A stretch of DNA of 64,000 nucleotides from Bugula neritina (GCA_964035545.1 OZ037766.1:4578722-4642721), one strand, 5' to 3'; shown: positions 41,501-57,200, numbered from the stretch's first letter. Made by a program: numbers and translations. The notes: generated by a model from the letters alone, not told the origin.

Positions 41501-43876
41501 ACATTCATGTTTGCAGTTTTAGGAATGATGCATCAAAATATGGACCTTAGTAAGTTAGCATTTTCGCTCTTAGCAGTTTGACATGGTTTGGGCTCTTTAT
41601 TGACCTACCTCAAGTAGTATCAAAGAAAATATACCCATGTCTGTAGCCACACTTATACGTATAACTTGAAAGTCTAACATATCTTGCAAGTTGGTTTATA
41701 AATACTTAACATTTTTTTCATCATTTGAAAGCTATAAGATATGCTGAATTTATCTGGCTTAAAGATTATTGTACAAGATAAATAAATTTCCGTGCGGACA
41801 ACAGGGATAAATGAGTACATGATCAGGGGTTTATATTTATCCCTTTGGTATACTTCTGATATCTTATATGGAAAATTTCATCATATGGTTAAATGATGGT
41901 TAAAATTTGTAACGCTTTTATGCAATAATGAAAATACAAGGTAGTGGATACAGAAATATTTTCTTTTATACTATTTCAAACGTAACACGTGGGCTGCAGC
42001 TGCATATATCTACTGCCTTTGCTCTTCCCACTCACTTATAACCTCATTTGGCCAATGAAAGACATTGACTTGTAATATGTAAACAAAACACAGATGCTTT
42101 GCACACCTTTTTGCACGTTACATTAAGTTGCTATTTATTTGGTGTGACAGACCAATGTTATATAATCAGCCATATTATTGGGGGCTGAACAGATACACCC
42201 CAACATAATACTATTATAGAACTTGGCTAACTCTTCTTTCAGCTTCTTCTTGCAAAGATCTCCCACCTTTTCTATTAAATCAGCTATTTGCATGGCAATA
42301 ATTCACATGTTCATCATGAACTCAAACATCAAACAAATCTTTAAAATATCACTCTGGTATTTTGTTTTCAATCACTCAGAAGTTCCTTTTTTTATTGGTC
42401 TCATCTCTATTTAGCGCTGAATTATTTCAGTTCTTGGTTCTCTATTATAACACGTGTATAATAAGCCTATTTGTTCAAACCTATACACAAGTGAGTAAGT
42501 AAGTAAATAGCCAGCTATTAGAGCAGTGGGTCAGTTTACATATATTAGTATTGGGTAAATACATACAATGGTAAGTTTACATAGCAAGGTGATATATTTT
42601 TATAAACTTGCATCAAATAATAATTAAGGTAAAACTTTTGCTGTGCATGAACTTTGCATGATTTACAATAGAATTTCATTCATGTCCGATAACCCAGCCT
42701 GAACACTGACTTAAATTTATGAAACAGTGTAAGTTTTGAACCTAACCTTTAAAGCCTACATGCTGGAGGCTATGAATGGTAGCAGAAGTAGAAATTATTA
42801 TCCCAACTTGATACATTCTTTCTTGCTTTTAAGGTTTGGGTTCTAGCATAGATGAGGCTATTCCTATGCTGAATATAAACAAAGCTTTATCTGCTACACC
42901 TTCACTGAATAATGAACCGATTGGAGAGGTCAAGAAAGCAGCACCATCTTCTGGCATGGGTTCAGAGCTCAAAGTGCCTCCTCGCCATGTTAAAGTGGTA
43001 GTCAATGAACCAAATGTGTCTGTACAGGAAATCAATCGTGTCAAAATTGGTAAATGTCCAATTGATAACTAAACAGATGACTAAAATTATTCTATTTAAT
43101 TATTAATTAGCAAAATGTAATAATAAAATGATATTTGGTAATACTAAATGCTTGTATTTTTGTCATGTTTTCAATGCAGAAGAGAAATGTGTAACAAAAT
43201 ATACATACACTAAACACATTGTTTAAAGATTTATCTGCTGTTTGTTTAAAATGCTATGTAATATTTTAGATGATGCTCCACTATTTAGTTCAGATGGCGG
43301 AGTTAAAGGTTAGTATACAAGGAGGGTTTGGGTTTAGTCTTTTATAAAATACGATATTGCTTGCTACTCAAATGTAGTTACTATTAAGGACAGAAAACCC
43401 TGGTCAATGATTGACAGCAAATAATATTGATTACTGGTATTCATAATATAATTAAAATAATAAATAATTTAAATTCGGGGCAATTTTGCAGTAAAAATAT
43501 CTAGCAGACTTCCATTGCACATCTTCTCACTATATCCAAAAAGTATCAGATCAGTCACAGCATCAAGGATCTACCCCAGGCCCTTGGCCTCAACTTGTAG
43601 TTGTTTAGACTTATATAATGCAAAAATTTGTAGATAAGTGATGGCCAGACTTGAGGAAGATTCTGTCTTTTTTCTTCTACCTGTCTTATCTATCTATTCT
43701 ATTTACTTATAGGCCAACAAAGTTCTTGCAATGGGAATGGTTCTGTAGCTAAAGTTTGGAATGGGGATAGAACAACAGAATCAGAACCAAATAAACACAG
43801 CGTAGAGATAAAAAGGCGCTCCTTTCGAAACTCTAACCAACTTTCTAATGACTCAGTTACAATCACAGGATTGTAG
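35724..43876 (+). CDS. Shaw: Shaw/Kv3 voltage-gated potassium channel
   Basis: Exons 35724-36230, 40203-41100, 42834-43049, 43270-43308 (micro-exon, less certain), 43713-43876 (TAG). T1 domain with the HX5CX20CC zinc motif (HYPTDVC...EPCC), Shaw-type S4 [12 protein letters not shown], pore [15 protein letters not shown]6 [11 protein letters not shown]. An in-frame stop upstream supports the ATG at 35724. Confidence 0.95.
38460..38552. repeat. (GT)n/(GCGTGT)n compound microsatellite
   Basis: Directly visible alternating purine-pyrimidine run. Confidence 0.95.
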
Positions 43877-45248
43877 GAGAATTTCAGGACTGCTTAATAC
43901 TTTATAGTGTCTGAATTTAGTTTTAGCAGTAACCTTTAGATTTTATAATACCGTATATATTTCATTCTCGGTGTTAGAATGTGTTAGAATAGGTAACAGC
44001 TTTAATGAAGGTGAAGAGTCAATGTGTGACTGTATTCTGCTTGTCATAGAGTGTGTCTCTAGGATCACAGTGCTAGCCTTCATCAAATTAGGGGAACTCA
44101 GGCTGACCAATTACATATGGAAGGACCGCTAGAGTAGTTGGAATAAATGGTAGCTTATATTTTCAGTCATGCTACCAAGATTGCCATACATTAAAGCTCT
44201 TAGACTCTCTCCCTATCCTCTTGGCCCAACAGGCTGTAATATCAGATGTATACTTCAGCTCAAAACTGTATATTTTATGTTTTACAGCAAACATCTTTGA
44301 AGCTCTACCCAAAAACACTGCAGCTAGTTGCTTTCATCAGTTAATTTGACACGCTTTCTATTTACCTGGTTCATAGATAAAACCAATTATTTATTTTTTA
44401 TTTGCATCAATGAATTATCAACTTTGTGAAATTTGCATACAGCAAATTGTGGATAATTCAGCTTATCAAATCACAGCACTGATCCACATGGCCGACATAT
44501 TATTTACAAGAAAACTCTCTTTTATTTTTGAGCAATCCTTTGCATATCTGTATGAAGCTTCAATGTATTTGTTACCAACGCAATAAGACAAATTAATTTT
44601 TATAACAAAACTAATAAATTTGCCAAAAAACTAATATTGAAGCTTGTTGAATATAATATTCATTATCATTGATCTTTAGAAGCAATATAATGAATGACAC
44701 ACTGGAAATATTTTGCATACTATATTATCATAAAAGCTTCTATGTCTGGAATGTGATGAAGTTGCAGCTATACAATTATGCATTGTGCCATTTGTTGGCT
44801 TAAAAACAAAATAAACAATTTTCCACAGCAAGTAGGAACAATGCAAAAAAAAATAAAAAAAAAATAAACGAATTTATGTCAGGTTCTCAACCAGATTGAC
44901 TTTAGAAATCTTAAGCGATCAGAAATTTAAAATCAAGTTGTAAATTTTAAGTACTTTTACTGCTTAATTTAAGTTTGAATTGATTAGGAGTCAGTTTGCA
45001 AAACTTTACAATTTTTGATTTGGTCTAATTGAGAACCTAACTAATAAATAGCATGCAGCATAAATAAGTGCTTATATATGATAAACAATATACGTAATTG
45101 AGCATGTACAAATATTTACTAACAATATATTGGACTAAACAGAGCAAAATATCATAACAGTATAAACAGTAACAAGTAAAGAGATAGTGCATCAAGTTGA
45201 GGAAACGTCATGCTTGAGCCATGGTTTATTTTGATGCCAGTCACTGTT

Positions 45249-48200
45249 TTAGCCATCCTGCTACAAAAATAAATGTATAATATTTGTTTTAAAAACTCTT
45301 GCAAATAATACAATAAATAAAGAATACAATACACTGACAACAGAATTCTAAAAATTAGTTACTGAAAGTATTTTACACCAGAAATACATTTTTTAATTTA
45401 GACAGAACTAAGTTGCATATAATATTATGTAATACGGAACAACCATATTATATAATGAAAAGTATGATAAATAAAGGGTAAACCCCAATATGCATAAACA
45501 GCAATTAACATAGAAAAGCATAACACAGCAACAAATCATGATATAATGTAATATAACATAGTATAGCATACGAGTATTATAGTACAGCATTGTATAGTAT
45601 AGCATATCATGATGTAGTATAGTATATGAGTATTATAGTGTATAGTATATAGCGTATAATATTTTATATTATGGTATAGTGTTGTATAGTACAGCATATT
45701 ATAGTATAGCACAGTGTTGTATACTACAAACATTATAGTATAGTATATTATAGTACATATATAGTATATTATAGTATAGTATATTATAGTACATATATAG
45801 TATATTATAGTATAGCATAGATTATAGTACATTAGAATGCAGCATAGAATAGCGATTTAGTAAATATAAATTTCTTACCTTCACCGCCTGAGTGGTGTAA
45901 GACGGAGTGGTAGAGACTGGAGTAGTAGAATTAGTCTCAAAACTAGGAAATATAGCCGCCCAGAAGCTATTCCATCCACTCCACCATTCTACAGGCAGAG
46001 TAGGCCAGGTGGATAGAGTGGTGGGCCAGGCCTGGGAGCTGTAAGTGGTGGAGAAGGTCCAGGGTGTTGTACTGGAACAGTTGAGTTCATCGGAGTTGTC
46101 ATCACAATCAGGTATGGAGTCGCACACCCAGTCATGCGTGATACATCCCTTGCTATCCTTGCAGGTGAACTGGTCATCCGTGCACGCACAGTTCTGCTCA
46201 TCTTCATGTTCACCACCCAAACAGTCTATTTGTCCATCACATTTCTACAAGTCAAACAATCTTGTAACAGACTTTTATATTTCAAACTTTTTATTTTATT
46301 TATCAGAAAATTTACTATGTTATTTTACTCAATCAAGTGATATATGCTTTAAAAATAGAAATTCTTACAAATGTACGTCCAATGTTGAATGACGAATCGT
46401 TAAGATATATTTTAAATAAAAAAATTACCTAGTATAAAAATCAAAGAGTTATAAGCAGGAAATGTACATATATGATTGGCTATTAGTGAGAACAGGTGGT
46501 GTTACAGTTGGTAGCCTAAGAACTTTGTATGGGAGTTACTTACCCATGCTACTGGAATGCACGGACCACCAATTATACTGTGAGTGTTGCACTTGAATTC
46601 AGTTTCCCTGCATTTAGTCTGAAATTGTAAAACATTGTTTCATAAACTCAGCCTAAACCAACATAGTTTTGTTACACTAAAAATTTTTTGTAAAATAAAG
46701 CCAATCAAATATACTAAAAACTTTCTATTATAAAACTTAACTTATCAACAAAAATTTTGCTTTAAAGCTATAAAAAATTGTATGCCATTACAGTGTAAAC
46801 AGCAAAATCAAACAAAATTTAATTCATATCGGAAAAGCATTTAATTCAAGCGTTAATATGATCTTTCATAGCTAGAAGTTTGACACAGAAAGGAGAATAC
46901 AATATTTTTAATAAGCCATTTCCCAGCTCTATAGACTTCACAGTGCACTTACAGTGTTAACGTAGCAGTGTTCTTCATCAGTGCCATCAGGGCAGTCGGG
47001 GAACGCGTCACACACCCAGTGTGGTGGTATACATTCTGTGTAGGAACCATTGCATTTCACTGTGTATGCATGACATTCCTTCATCTCTGTAACACAATTA
47101 AACACTTATTAAGAATTCATGCTCATATGAGTCATATACGGGAGAGGTAATGACCAAATATGCCATAAACACCCATTTTAGTCACACTTAACAAGTTTTA
47201 TGTCATATTCAAATGAGCTTGATGATGTCACTCATGATCGCCACAAAGCAGCATAATTCTGTTCATTGAAGATACAAAGATCATGATCTTCAGCTGAGAA
47301 TGTTATATTCTACCCTTGTGACATCATACGTCTATGTATTCAATGAGAATATTCTACCCTTGTGACATCATACGTCTATGTATTCAATGAAAATATTCTA
47401 CCCTTGTGACATCATACGTCTATGTATTCCATGAAAATATTCTGCCCTTGTGACATCATGTATTTATGTGTCCAGCAACAATATTCTACAGGCACTTAGA
47501 ATGTTAGTCTTACCGCAATACTGCTCGTCAACTGCATCTAAACAGTCTACTTCTGTATCACACCATTTAACCTCTGGTACACATTCGCCACTGAAGGGGC
47601 ACAGGTGGGTGCCAGTGTAGCAAACTATAAACACAAAACAAGTTGATGAGTTGAGAGAAACTAAACACATATCATTTTGCTGCTGCATATAAAGTGCCTA
47701 CAAGAAATACAGCACAATATGCATGTAGGGAAAAATTGGAGAACGTCAGAGAACAAAGTCTAGTTTAAAGATTATATCTAAGCCTAAATTAATTTAGGCA
47801 TATTATTTTTAGACAAAATATTAAAACAATTTTGCTAACAAAAGCAGGTTAAATTGTTAAAACCTGCAATAGCAGCTATATATTTTTTTTAACTAATAAA
47901 TATATTTTAGAAATATGCAAGGAAAAACACATTGAAATTGTTAAAAACTAATTATGCCTCAAAACATAAAAAGTTCGTTGAAGATATTGGTTGAAAGATG
48001 TATGAAGGAATAACCAGTAAACTTACCGTCAGCAGTAGTATTTACTTTAGGCAGCTTCAGACAGACATTTGGATCGGAATCTGAAGACAGTGGGAAGTCT
48101 TTGCAGTCAATCGGCAGCGTGAAATGGTAATGGTCAAAGAAGAATGAGCACTCAGTCATAGCAACTGGAATAAATAGAATAGCTCTTGCATCCGTCATAA

Positions 48201-51200
48201 GATTTTATACTTTCTAATAAAATAAGTATTTTCAACAATCTTTTGGTAGTAAATTAAGCTTTGATTGAATAAGGTAAGCATGATTTTAACAAAAAAAGCT
48301 ATAGAAATAAACACATAAACTGACTATATGGATAATATATATTTATTGCTATACATGTTTTAAATCAATATACAAATGATCAATTAGTAAAAAGATATAT
48401 CATATTTTACATCTTATATCTATATACTATTTTATACACACTACGTTTCCAAGCTTTGAATTATAAGAATTTCTTTTCATTTGATGTTTGAAAACAGTTG
48501 CATCAATGAAACCACAACTACATATTCATAGTAGGAGCATTCATACTAGGCCATAGACACGTATTAATAGTTGCAGTAGCTGAATGTGTGTGTATACCTT
48601 CACATTCCTCTCTGCATGGAGGGAGAGGAGTCTTATCTTCTGAGCACTTAGGGAAGTTGAGGGCACATGCCAGAGCTGTCATCCTGTTTCTGCACTCAGA
48701 TGTCGAGTGTAGCTGATTGAGCATGTGGACAAGATAGCTGGCCTCTGCTTGGGTGGTCTGGTGAAGGAGATTGGGGAAAGAAACTGACGTGTAGCCCAAG
48801 TCAAGAGCCGCACACACGGAGTTGTTCAAGATCTCGCAGTGGTGGTCAGGTAGTGCTATAGAAATAACAAGATTATTACACACTTATTAAACTTCTCAAA
48901 TAACAATGACTTGTAAAAGTCATTACATCTTTAAAATTATTATATTTTTATAAAATAACAAAAATAATACACCAAATAGAAAAAGAACATAAGGATGCCA
49001 TGAATTTACCAAAAAATGGCCATTACCAGTATTCTATATCATGTGACTTCTACTTTCTCATAATAATTAATGCTTATAGTAAATCTGTAACTAATCAAAA
49101 GTATTTTAACAAGTTTTAATTTACAATACTTCAGCTTTCTTTTACTAGCTGTCATCAATTCACACATTTGCTGACCTCAATCATAAGGATATATATGATA
49201 TATAGTACTGAAAGTAGTTGTTACTGTTGTTAAGCAATATTGCAGCAACGTGAACTAATTTAGACTCTAAATATAATATCTACAACGCTGGAAAACATTT
49301 GACCTGTGTAAGAACGTTTCCATGTTCAAAGATGGAATCTATTTCTTGTAATACCTGACTAATATTTAATATATAAATAATATATGATGATGATCACTAG
49401 AAATAATGGAAATGAAAATGCTTGATAAATGTCCAAATGATAGCCAACTAACCTATGGCAGGTTTGTGGGCGGGTAGAGACGTAGAGCTGTTGAGACATG
49501 TGAAGCTGGGGTTAGACTCTTGGACAAATGTCTCACAGTGCAGGTTCATCAAGTCTCTCTGCTCTTCACCGATAATGACGTGATTACATCGACTCTTGAA
49601 AGCTGTAGCAGAATAAGGTATGTATGAGAGGGGATTATTACTGCAAGGACAGACAACTTACAATGTTACTATCACACCTACTATTGTGAGAAATCTACGC
49701 CTACTTATATGCTGTGCAACTTTACCTTTATTTCCTATATTTATTTTATGCCTTTTAGCTTGATATGAGCGTAGACCATGCCAAATTCTAACAAGTTGCA
49801 TTAAAACGGGCTATTTTCATAAGTTGTCAAAATTGAATAAAACTCCTTTTTTAACAGTAATAGAGCAGCAAAAATAAAGAATATTTAAATAATAGTAATA
49901 GAGGCATTATGAACAGTTGTGGCAGCTGCAATAGTGGTAAAACCAATGAGCATAATAATGGTAGAATAATAGCCGTGAGAGTAGCTGTAGTAGTAATTTT
50001 AGGAAGTAAACTAAAAAAACTTAACTTAAGACGGAATTCAACCTTGTTATAAATAATCTAGAAATAGCCAATACTGAAACAACATAACACTCTCAAAAAA
50101 CAAGTTAATATCAGACATTAACAGAATATCAATTAGGTGCGTACTGTGACAAATATGACGACAGGGAAACAGAGGGAATCCGGATTGTTCCTGGCAAGTA
50201 GGATATCTAATAGCACAAACAAACATCATAGCCATATCGTAGCATTCGCTGTCGTTGAGGTGAGCCAGGAGTGATTCTGTGCTGATGTTCATAAGTCCCT
50301 GGATGTGAGGAGAGGCGGAGGTTTTTGTGTACGGGAGGTAGGATCTGCATGTGCTATTTTCAGCGAGTCGGTAATCGCAGCTATACTCTGGCAGGTCATC
50401 TATAATAACATAGCGACTCAACTTCAGGCACAGAGGGAAAGGATATCCTATGATGATTCATAAAAGTATAACTAAAATGACTCATAACTTCTATTAAACA
50501 TGATTCATACAAGTAATCAGTTATGATCAACACAAAACAGCTGCACGTACAACTGAGGTCGATGCAGTAATGGAGAAATTGAGAAAAGCCTGTGTTCTAG
50601 ATTAGGAATGTAGCAAAAAAAGTTATATTCTTACAAGAATTTCAACCCGCGCCCCAAACAAACATTTAATAAAAAATTATAAAACTTAGGTTATCTCAAT
50701 TTCTCCGCTACTCTGTCAACAACACTTACGATTCTGACAGTGTGTTCCTGAGAATCCGAATGGGCAAAGGCATACAGTCTGATCATGTGACATCAGTCGA
50801 CAAGTGCCCCCATTCTGACAAGGGTCGTTCAGGCAGAATGTGATGTTACTTGACGGGCCTATACAAAAACAACATAGCTGTGAATAAAACAGAGCAATAA
50901 ATTTTCTCTGTGAAAATAAATTCAACAAACTGCAAATGTAACTTTTAGTAAATTGTTTTCTTAATAAAATGTTTTCAAGTTTAAATACAAAATTTAACTG
51001 CTTTTAGCCATGCGTAGATAACTTTAAACAGTGAAATTATCAGCAAAAAAAAACAAATTACTCAACAAATTTTTGTACAAAACTTTTATACCAGTACTAC
51101 AGAATAGACAAAGATTTTGATGACATAGGTGAGCTATGAGCAGACGATTTTAATGATTTGGAAGAGTTTTAGGTGATAGTGGTCCTTTACCAAGTTACAA

Positions 51201-54200
51201 TCTACATATAACCAAAAGCTGAGTAAGGTTGCTCCATCTTGACCTAGGTTCACTTAGTTTAGTTACAGCTCATGCTAATAAGGTTGAGAATATTCACTGT
51301 GTAACACGTAGACTCGAAACACTTACAATCCCACTCGTCGGAACCATCAGAACAATCCTCTTCACCGTCGCACTTCCAATGAGGCAGCAAGCAGCTGATG
51401 GTGGGTACGAAAATATTCACGCCATTCAAGCATCGGAAAAATCCATCGGGACAAGAATCCTCGGGGTCATCTGCACAGATAAGTACATGTGTTTGAAGCA
51501 AGTCTTTAGAAAATATATACTGTAGACCAGTTGTAGAAGCAATAAGTAACCAAGTTTCTGATGAACATGATGAGACAACTCTAAAACTAAGTCAGTGTAA
51601 CTCTTACTACAATCTGCTTCATCTTCTCCACTATTGCAGTCAGTGTAGCGATCACAAACATAGTCCTCAGGAATACACTTTCCGGAGTGGCAGCGAAATT
51701 CGTCAGCGTCACATCCGCCACCGCAATCTGCATAAAAATATTATTCCATTTATTCACATTTCTCAACTCACTTTTAGTATAGATGTTCTGACAATTAAAT
51801 ATTGAATATAAATTTCCTTACTTGATTAAATGAATATGTGAAAAAATATTGAAATGGGTGAGGAAAAACTAAGTTACACACTGAACCATAAAACCAGTAA
51901 CCATCTTTGAACTGCAAAGTAAATCTATTCTATTATTACAGTCTTTAATGTTTGCAGTCCTTAAAAGTTGAGAAATTGAATTTAAACAAAAAATTTTAAA
52001 CAATACTTTTAAAAAAACTTTTTTTTCATAAATTTTACAAAATTGATATACAAAGCAAGAAAATTTCAACTGCCACCTGAAATAACTACAAAATCACAAG
52101 TATATTTTAAAAAAACACTTTCCGGACATGCTATATTCAATATTTCTGCTATGAAATAAAATATCTACTAACTTTGTTCATCGTCTCCCCCTGGGCAGTC
52201 AGCAACTGTGTCACATAGTTGAGTACGAGTAATACAGGTCTTGTTATCATTACACTTGTGCAGGTTTGAGTTACAGACTACAAAATTTAGTATAAAATAG
52301 AAACAATCTGTAATCAGGAAATTATTGCAATACCACAATATACACTGTGCCACACTTTAGTAAAGTATTGCAATATAACAATATACACTGCAGAATAAGT
52401 ACCACATATTAAGTACCACATATTATACACTGTATTTGTTTTCAAAAAAATACATTATATTTTATTAGTGATGATAGAAATACTCAATCAACTTTTATGC
52501 CACATATCAGTAAATAATATATATAATACAATCTTCTTGACAGGAATAACTTTAAAATATGAATCTATATTTTTACATGAATCTAATTGGTTAAAGAAAG
52601 CTGTCATTGATAGCTTAATTTTGCTTTATATTCTATTTTGCTGAACATTATATAACATATGAGAACACATATGAGGTACAACACATATACACACACACCT
52701 TCTGGGAGGTCTAGTATGACACAGCACATATCCACACATACCTTCTGGGAGGTCTAGTATGACACAGCACATATCCACACATACCTTCTGGGAGGTCTAG
52801 TATGACACAGCACATATCCACACATACCTTCTGGGAGGTCTAGTATGACACAGCACATATCCACACATACCTTCTGGGAGGTCTAGTATGACACAGCACA
52901 TATCCACACATACCTTCTGGGAGGTCTAGTATGACACAGCACATATCCACACATACCTTCTGGGCAATCCTTTTCATCTGCTCCATTTGGACAATTCGAA
53001 TGTCCATCACATTTCCAAGCTGATGCGATACAAGCTCCGAATGCACCGCAGCTCATTTCATTCTCTAAGCAATGACCAATAGGACACTGCACTTCATCCG
53101 ACCAATCAAGACAGTCCGGCGTTCTGTCGCACTTCTTCTCTTTTGGTATGCAAGCACCAGACGTGCATCTGAAACTGTCTGGCTCACAGGCTACAATGAA
53201 AAAGAGAATTTCCAAATCTATCGACATAAAATGATAAAGAAATTGTTGTTCTGTAGTTTTTTATTTTCTCTTGGCTTTTTGAAAAGTTATCACAACTATA
53301 AGTCATACAAAACATACTTTCATATAAAAAAAATCAAATTGCTCCCTCCGTATCTCAATAAGCTACAGGTCCAGAAACCTCGATTCATGAAAGTTGAATA
53401 CCAGATTTAACTAACGGATTCGATAAATTTGGCCATTTTGTCTATACACACATGCAAAAGCCACAAAACGAGGTCCATGCCCTTCTAGTGACATATGGAA
53501 TTTCATAAGAAATGAAACTGTGAGATATAGAGGGAGCACTGTTCAAGCAGCAAGCTATAAAAACAATTATCTTCAGTTGAAAAAGTATTATATTTGGAGC
53601 TATGGCATTACCTGGCAAAGGCTCTCTTGTCATTATACAGTTGGGATTGCTGGCATTGTTGTTATATTTAGGCATTTCATCACATTGAAGAATGATTGGG
53701 AAACCAATAGCGGACAACTCATAGGAGCAGTTGGCCTCAACCTCTTGACACACTGCAATATCACGTACAGATAGAGATATACATTCTGTGTGATATGTCA
53801 CTGTATGTGACTATTATACAACTATTGTAGGCCTATGACTATACGGCTACTATAGGACTATATATGACAATATGAATATTATATGACTATATGACAATAT
53901 GAGTATTATATGACTATATGACAATATGATTGATATATTATGACAATATGATTTTTATAGAACAATAATATGACTTTAATTTCTCTTGTTGACTACACCA
54001 ATTAGAGTATATTCAACCATATAACTTCACTAACCCAATTAAATCATTAGCTTCATAGAAATAGAAAAACTGGAGATGCACCTAGAATTTTATGAAGTGG
54101 GATGAGTGTTGCAAAAACCTAACACTTGCTTCAAATATTATAAAGACAAATAGGCCAGCATTGACCGTACATCAGTAGCAGTAAGCTTGCTGCCAGCCTG

Positions 54201-57200
54201 TATTATCATATTCAAAGCAACTCAATATATAAAGTAACGTAGATGGCTTACATTCCATGCATGGTAACATGGGTTCATCCCTTTTCTCTTGGCACTCTGG
54301 AGCCAGGAAGGAACAGGCAAAGAGCTGCATAGAATCGTGGCAGAGAGCGTGTTCACTGTGAATTCTTGAGAATATGTCCAGATATACGGATGATTCAGCC
54401 TACAACCCATCCAAAGCTCAAATATTATGCTATAAACACAGGCTAAAACCAGAACACAAAAGGTAAGGTGTGGCATTGGCGATATTTATAACATGTGGCG
54501 TGTGTGTGTTCGAGATTGTAAGAGCTATTTAGTGTGAACATGTATATATCGGCATGTTTTATTACTACAGCAACAATAATTATAAATTTTAAAATTTGAT
54601 TGTATTGAAATATAATACAATGTTGTCGAACTAAATTACATAAACCAATTAAATTAAATTGTTTAATTTATAAATAGCAAACTTCCTAATTTTCTTTTTT
54701 GTTCCGATTGCAAAATAAAATTATATTAATTTGCAAAATAGCTAGAGAAACAGGTTGGTAAAGATATAACTACTTCTCAATCAGTAGATTGACAAAAGTT
54801 CCAAGGCTGTCTAAAATTTTTAAAATTATTAACTCAAGAACCAAAGAAGATGAAACTGAAAATTTAACCTCTAGCAGCATAAAAACAGAATTTCTAAGCA
54901 TTACCTGTTTTCAATAAGATGGATTGGAATATAGAAATGTTGGGCATAATCATTATATAAATCCTCTAAAAACCACACTGTTTCAGACAGAAAATAGTAA
55001 AATAACAGAACATAGAAATAATTCAAAGCATAGAAACAATGTAACATGAAATAGGTTATACCTGCGAGACTTGTTCCACTAGATTTGGTAGAACAGTGTA
55101 GTTGTATAGGGAGCTACAGAATGGATGCTTGACTCGTTCACATCGGGGCTTGTTGACTGGGTGCAGAGGCTCGGTGAGGAACTCACTTGAAGAACTTAGG
55201 CATACGGCGTCAGGGTAGACAGACTTGTCGGGGAACTGCGTACAGTCAAAGTGATCGAGATGGGTGGCTGCCTCCCCACCCGCACATTTATGCAACAGCT
55301 CTGCAAACACAACATTACATAATATTCAGAGAAGTTCATATCTAACTTTACACTAGTGAGTAGTGCATATAGCAAGTGGCATATAAGACAATTGATTTTC
55401 AGTATAGGAGTTGTACCGCCATGCTTTAAATTTATGTTATTCAGAGTCATATAAAATGAACTTTATTTAAAATAGAAGTTCAATGATGTCTATAGAACAA
55501 TAAGAGCTATAAAATACCTCTAGAATAAGCTAACAAATGCTAAAAAGTATAACTAACCTAGACATGTATGTTGACAAGGCAGTATGGGTAATCCAGAAGA
55601 TGGCTGACAGCCGGGGAAGTTGGTGCCGCACAAGACGAGCGAGGCGACTTTGGGAGCGCACTCGTTGAGTCTGACAAACACGTCTTCCGGAACAGCGCTG
55701 TCAAAGAACAGCTGCATATCCATGGAGCTCCTAGTGTAGTTGTAATATGGCTCCAATACGTCGGCGCACCTCGGCACTAGCACACTGGTGTCGCACTTCA
55801 CAGCATGCAGGCTGAACACTACATGCAAGAAAAGCTGGTCAGTAAATCAAAAAACTATTCTGTTACAACAAACAAAATATGAAGTCAAGTATACAAAAAC
55901 AATTGCATCTTTAAGCCAATACCAGACCTAATTCATCAGAGTGTATTTTATGATTAGATTTTTAATATAGGAAATTTATAATTTAGGATAAAATAAGTCA
56001 CAAAAAACAATATTGCAAGTATGAAATTCTGCAGTATTAACAGTTTGAACAGTAGGGTTTCTGAAAGAAGCATGCCATAGCACCAACAGCATATTTATAT
56101 TACTTTTAAAACAGCTTTGTTTTTTGTGCACGAGACATTGTCTTTATCTTAAGTTAAAAAACCCTACATTAGCAACATTTTCTGAGCGGTAATACAATGT
56201 ATGTGGAATAACAGCCTACTGAGTCTGGTAGCAAACTACGTTTGTTTTAAAGGCTAAAACACAAGTTAGAGAACAAATCGCATACATTTCTGACATCTTG
56301 ATCCGCCAGTGTTTGGGGGGCATTCACACCTGAACCCGTCTATGCTTCCGGGCTCTGGGACACAAGTCCCGCCTCTGTGGCATCTTAGAACTGCGCAAGG
56401 TGAAGGACAATCCTCCTACACCAGTATGTAAACATATTATAGAAGCTTCATGGTGCAACATTAGAACATATAATAAAATAAAATAGGATATGTGTGTGGG
56501 TGTGTACAAACTTATAAACTGCATAGCTACTGTACATACATATAATCATATACTATATAATCATATTGACGTAAAGGAAATGTACTCACCTCATCACTCC
56601 CATCTGTACAGTCCTTAGAGTTGTCACACCTCCATTTTTCAGGTATACATGCTTTACCTGTATACCTATTCACTCCTGCACGACATGTGGAGTTGCCCGT
56701 ACAACCTAGAAATAAGCACATGTAGAGATTTACATTGCATAGAAAAAGTTTATAAGTATATAAAACTCTGTGATTTATATTAGCTGCTATTAGCAAGTTT
56801 ACCAACCAACCGGTACTATAGCGTTCAGTCATTACAATAAACTACTACTCACTTATCCACTTACTATATAGTAGTCATACACTGACTGTATCATAGTCAT
56901 ACAATAAACTATTACTTACTTACCATAGTAGTCACACACTCACATAGTAATACAGTGTATCATAAACTATTACTCACTTGCTGGGAGATCATTACACTTC
57001 CTTTCATCAGTGAAGTCGGGACAGTCCCAATGGCCGTCACACACCCAGTCCTTGTTTATGCACCTGCCCTGTTCACATTGGAACATTGACTCATCGCAAT
57101 GAGTAACATTCCTGCACAAAGCATGACCCTCATCACTGCCATCTTGACAGTCTTTCTCTCCATCACACTCCCAGTCCTGTTGCAAATTCAACACGTGTAC

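Noticed and set aside
53365-53545. Tc1/mariner-like MITE remnant (also the CpG-containing tract at 59690-59915)
   Set aside because: Only vague terminal similarity; no convincing inverted-repeat pair or target duplication.
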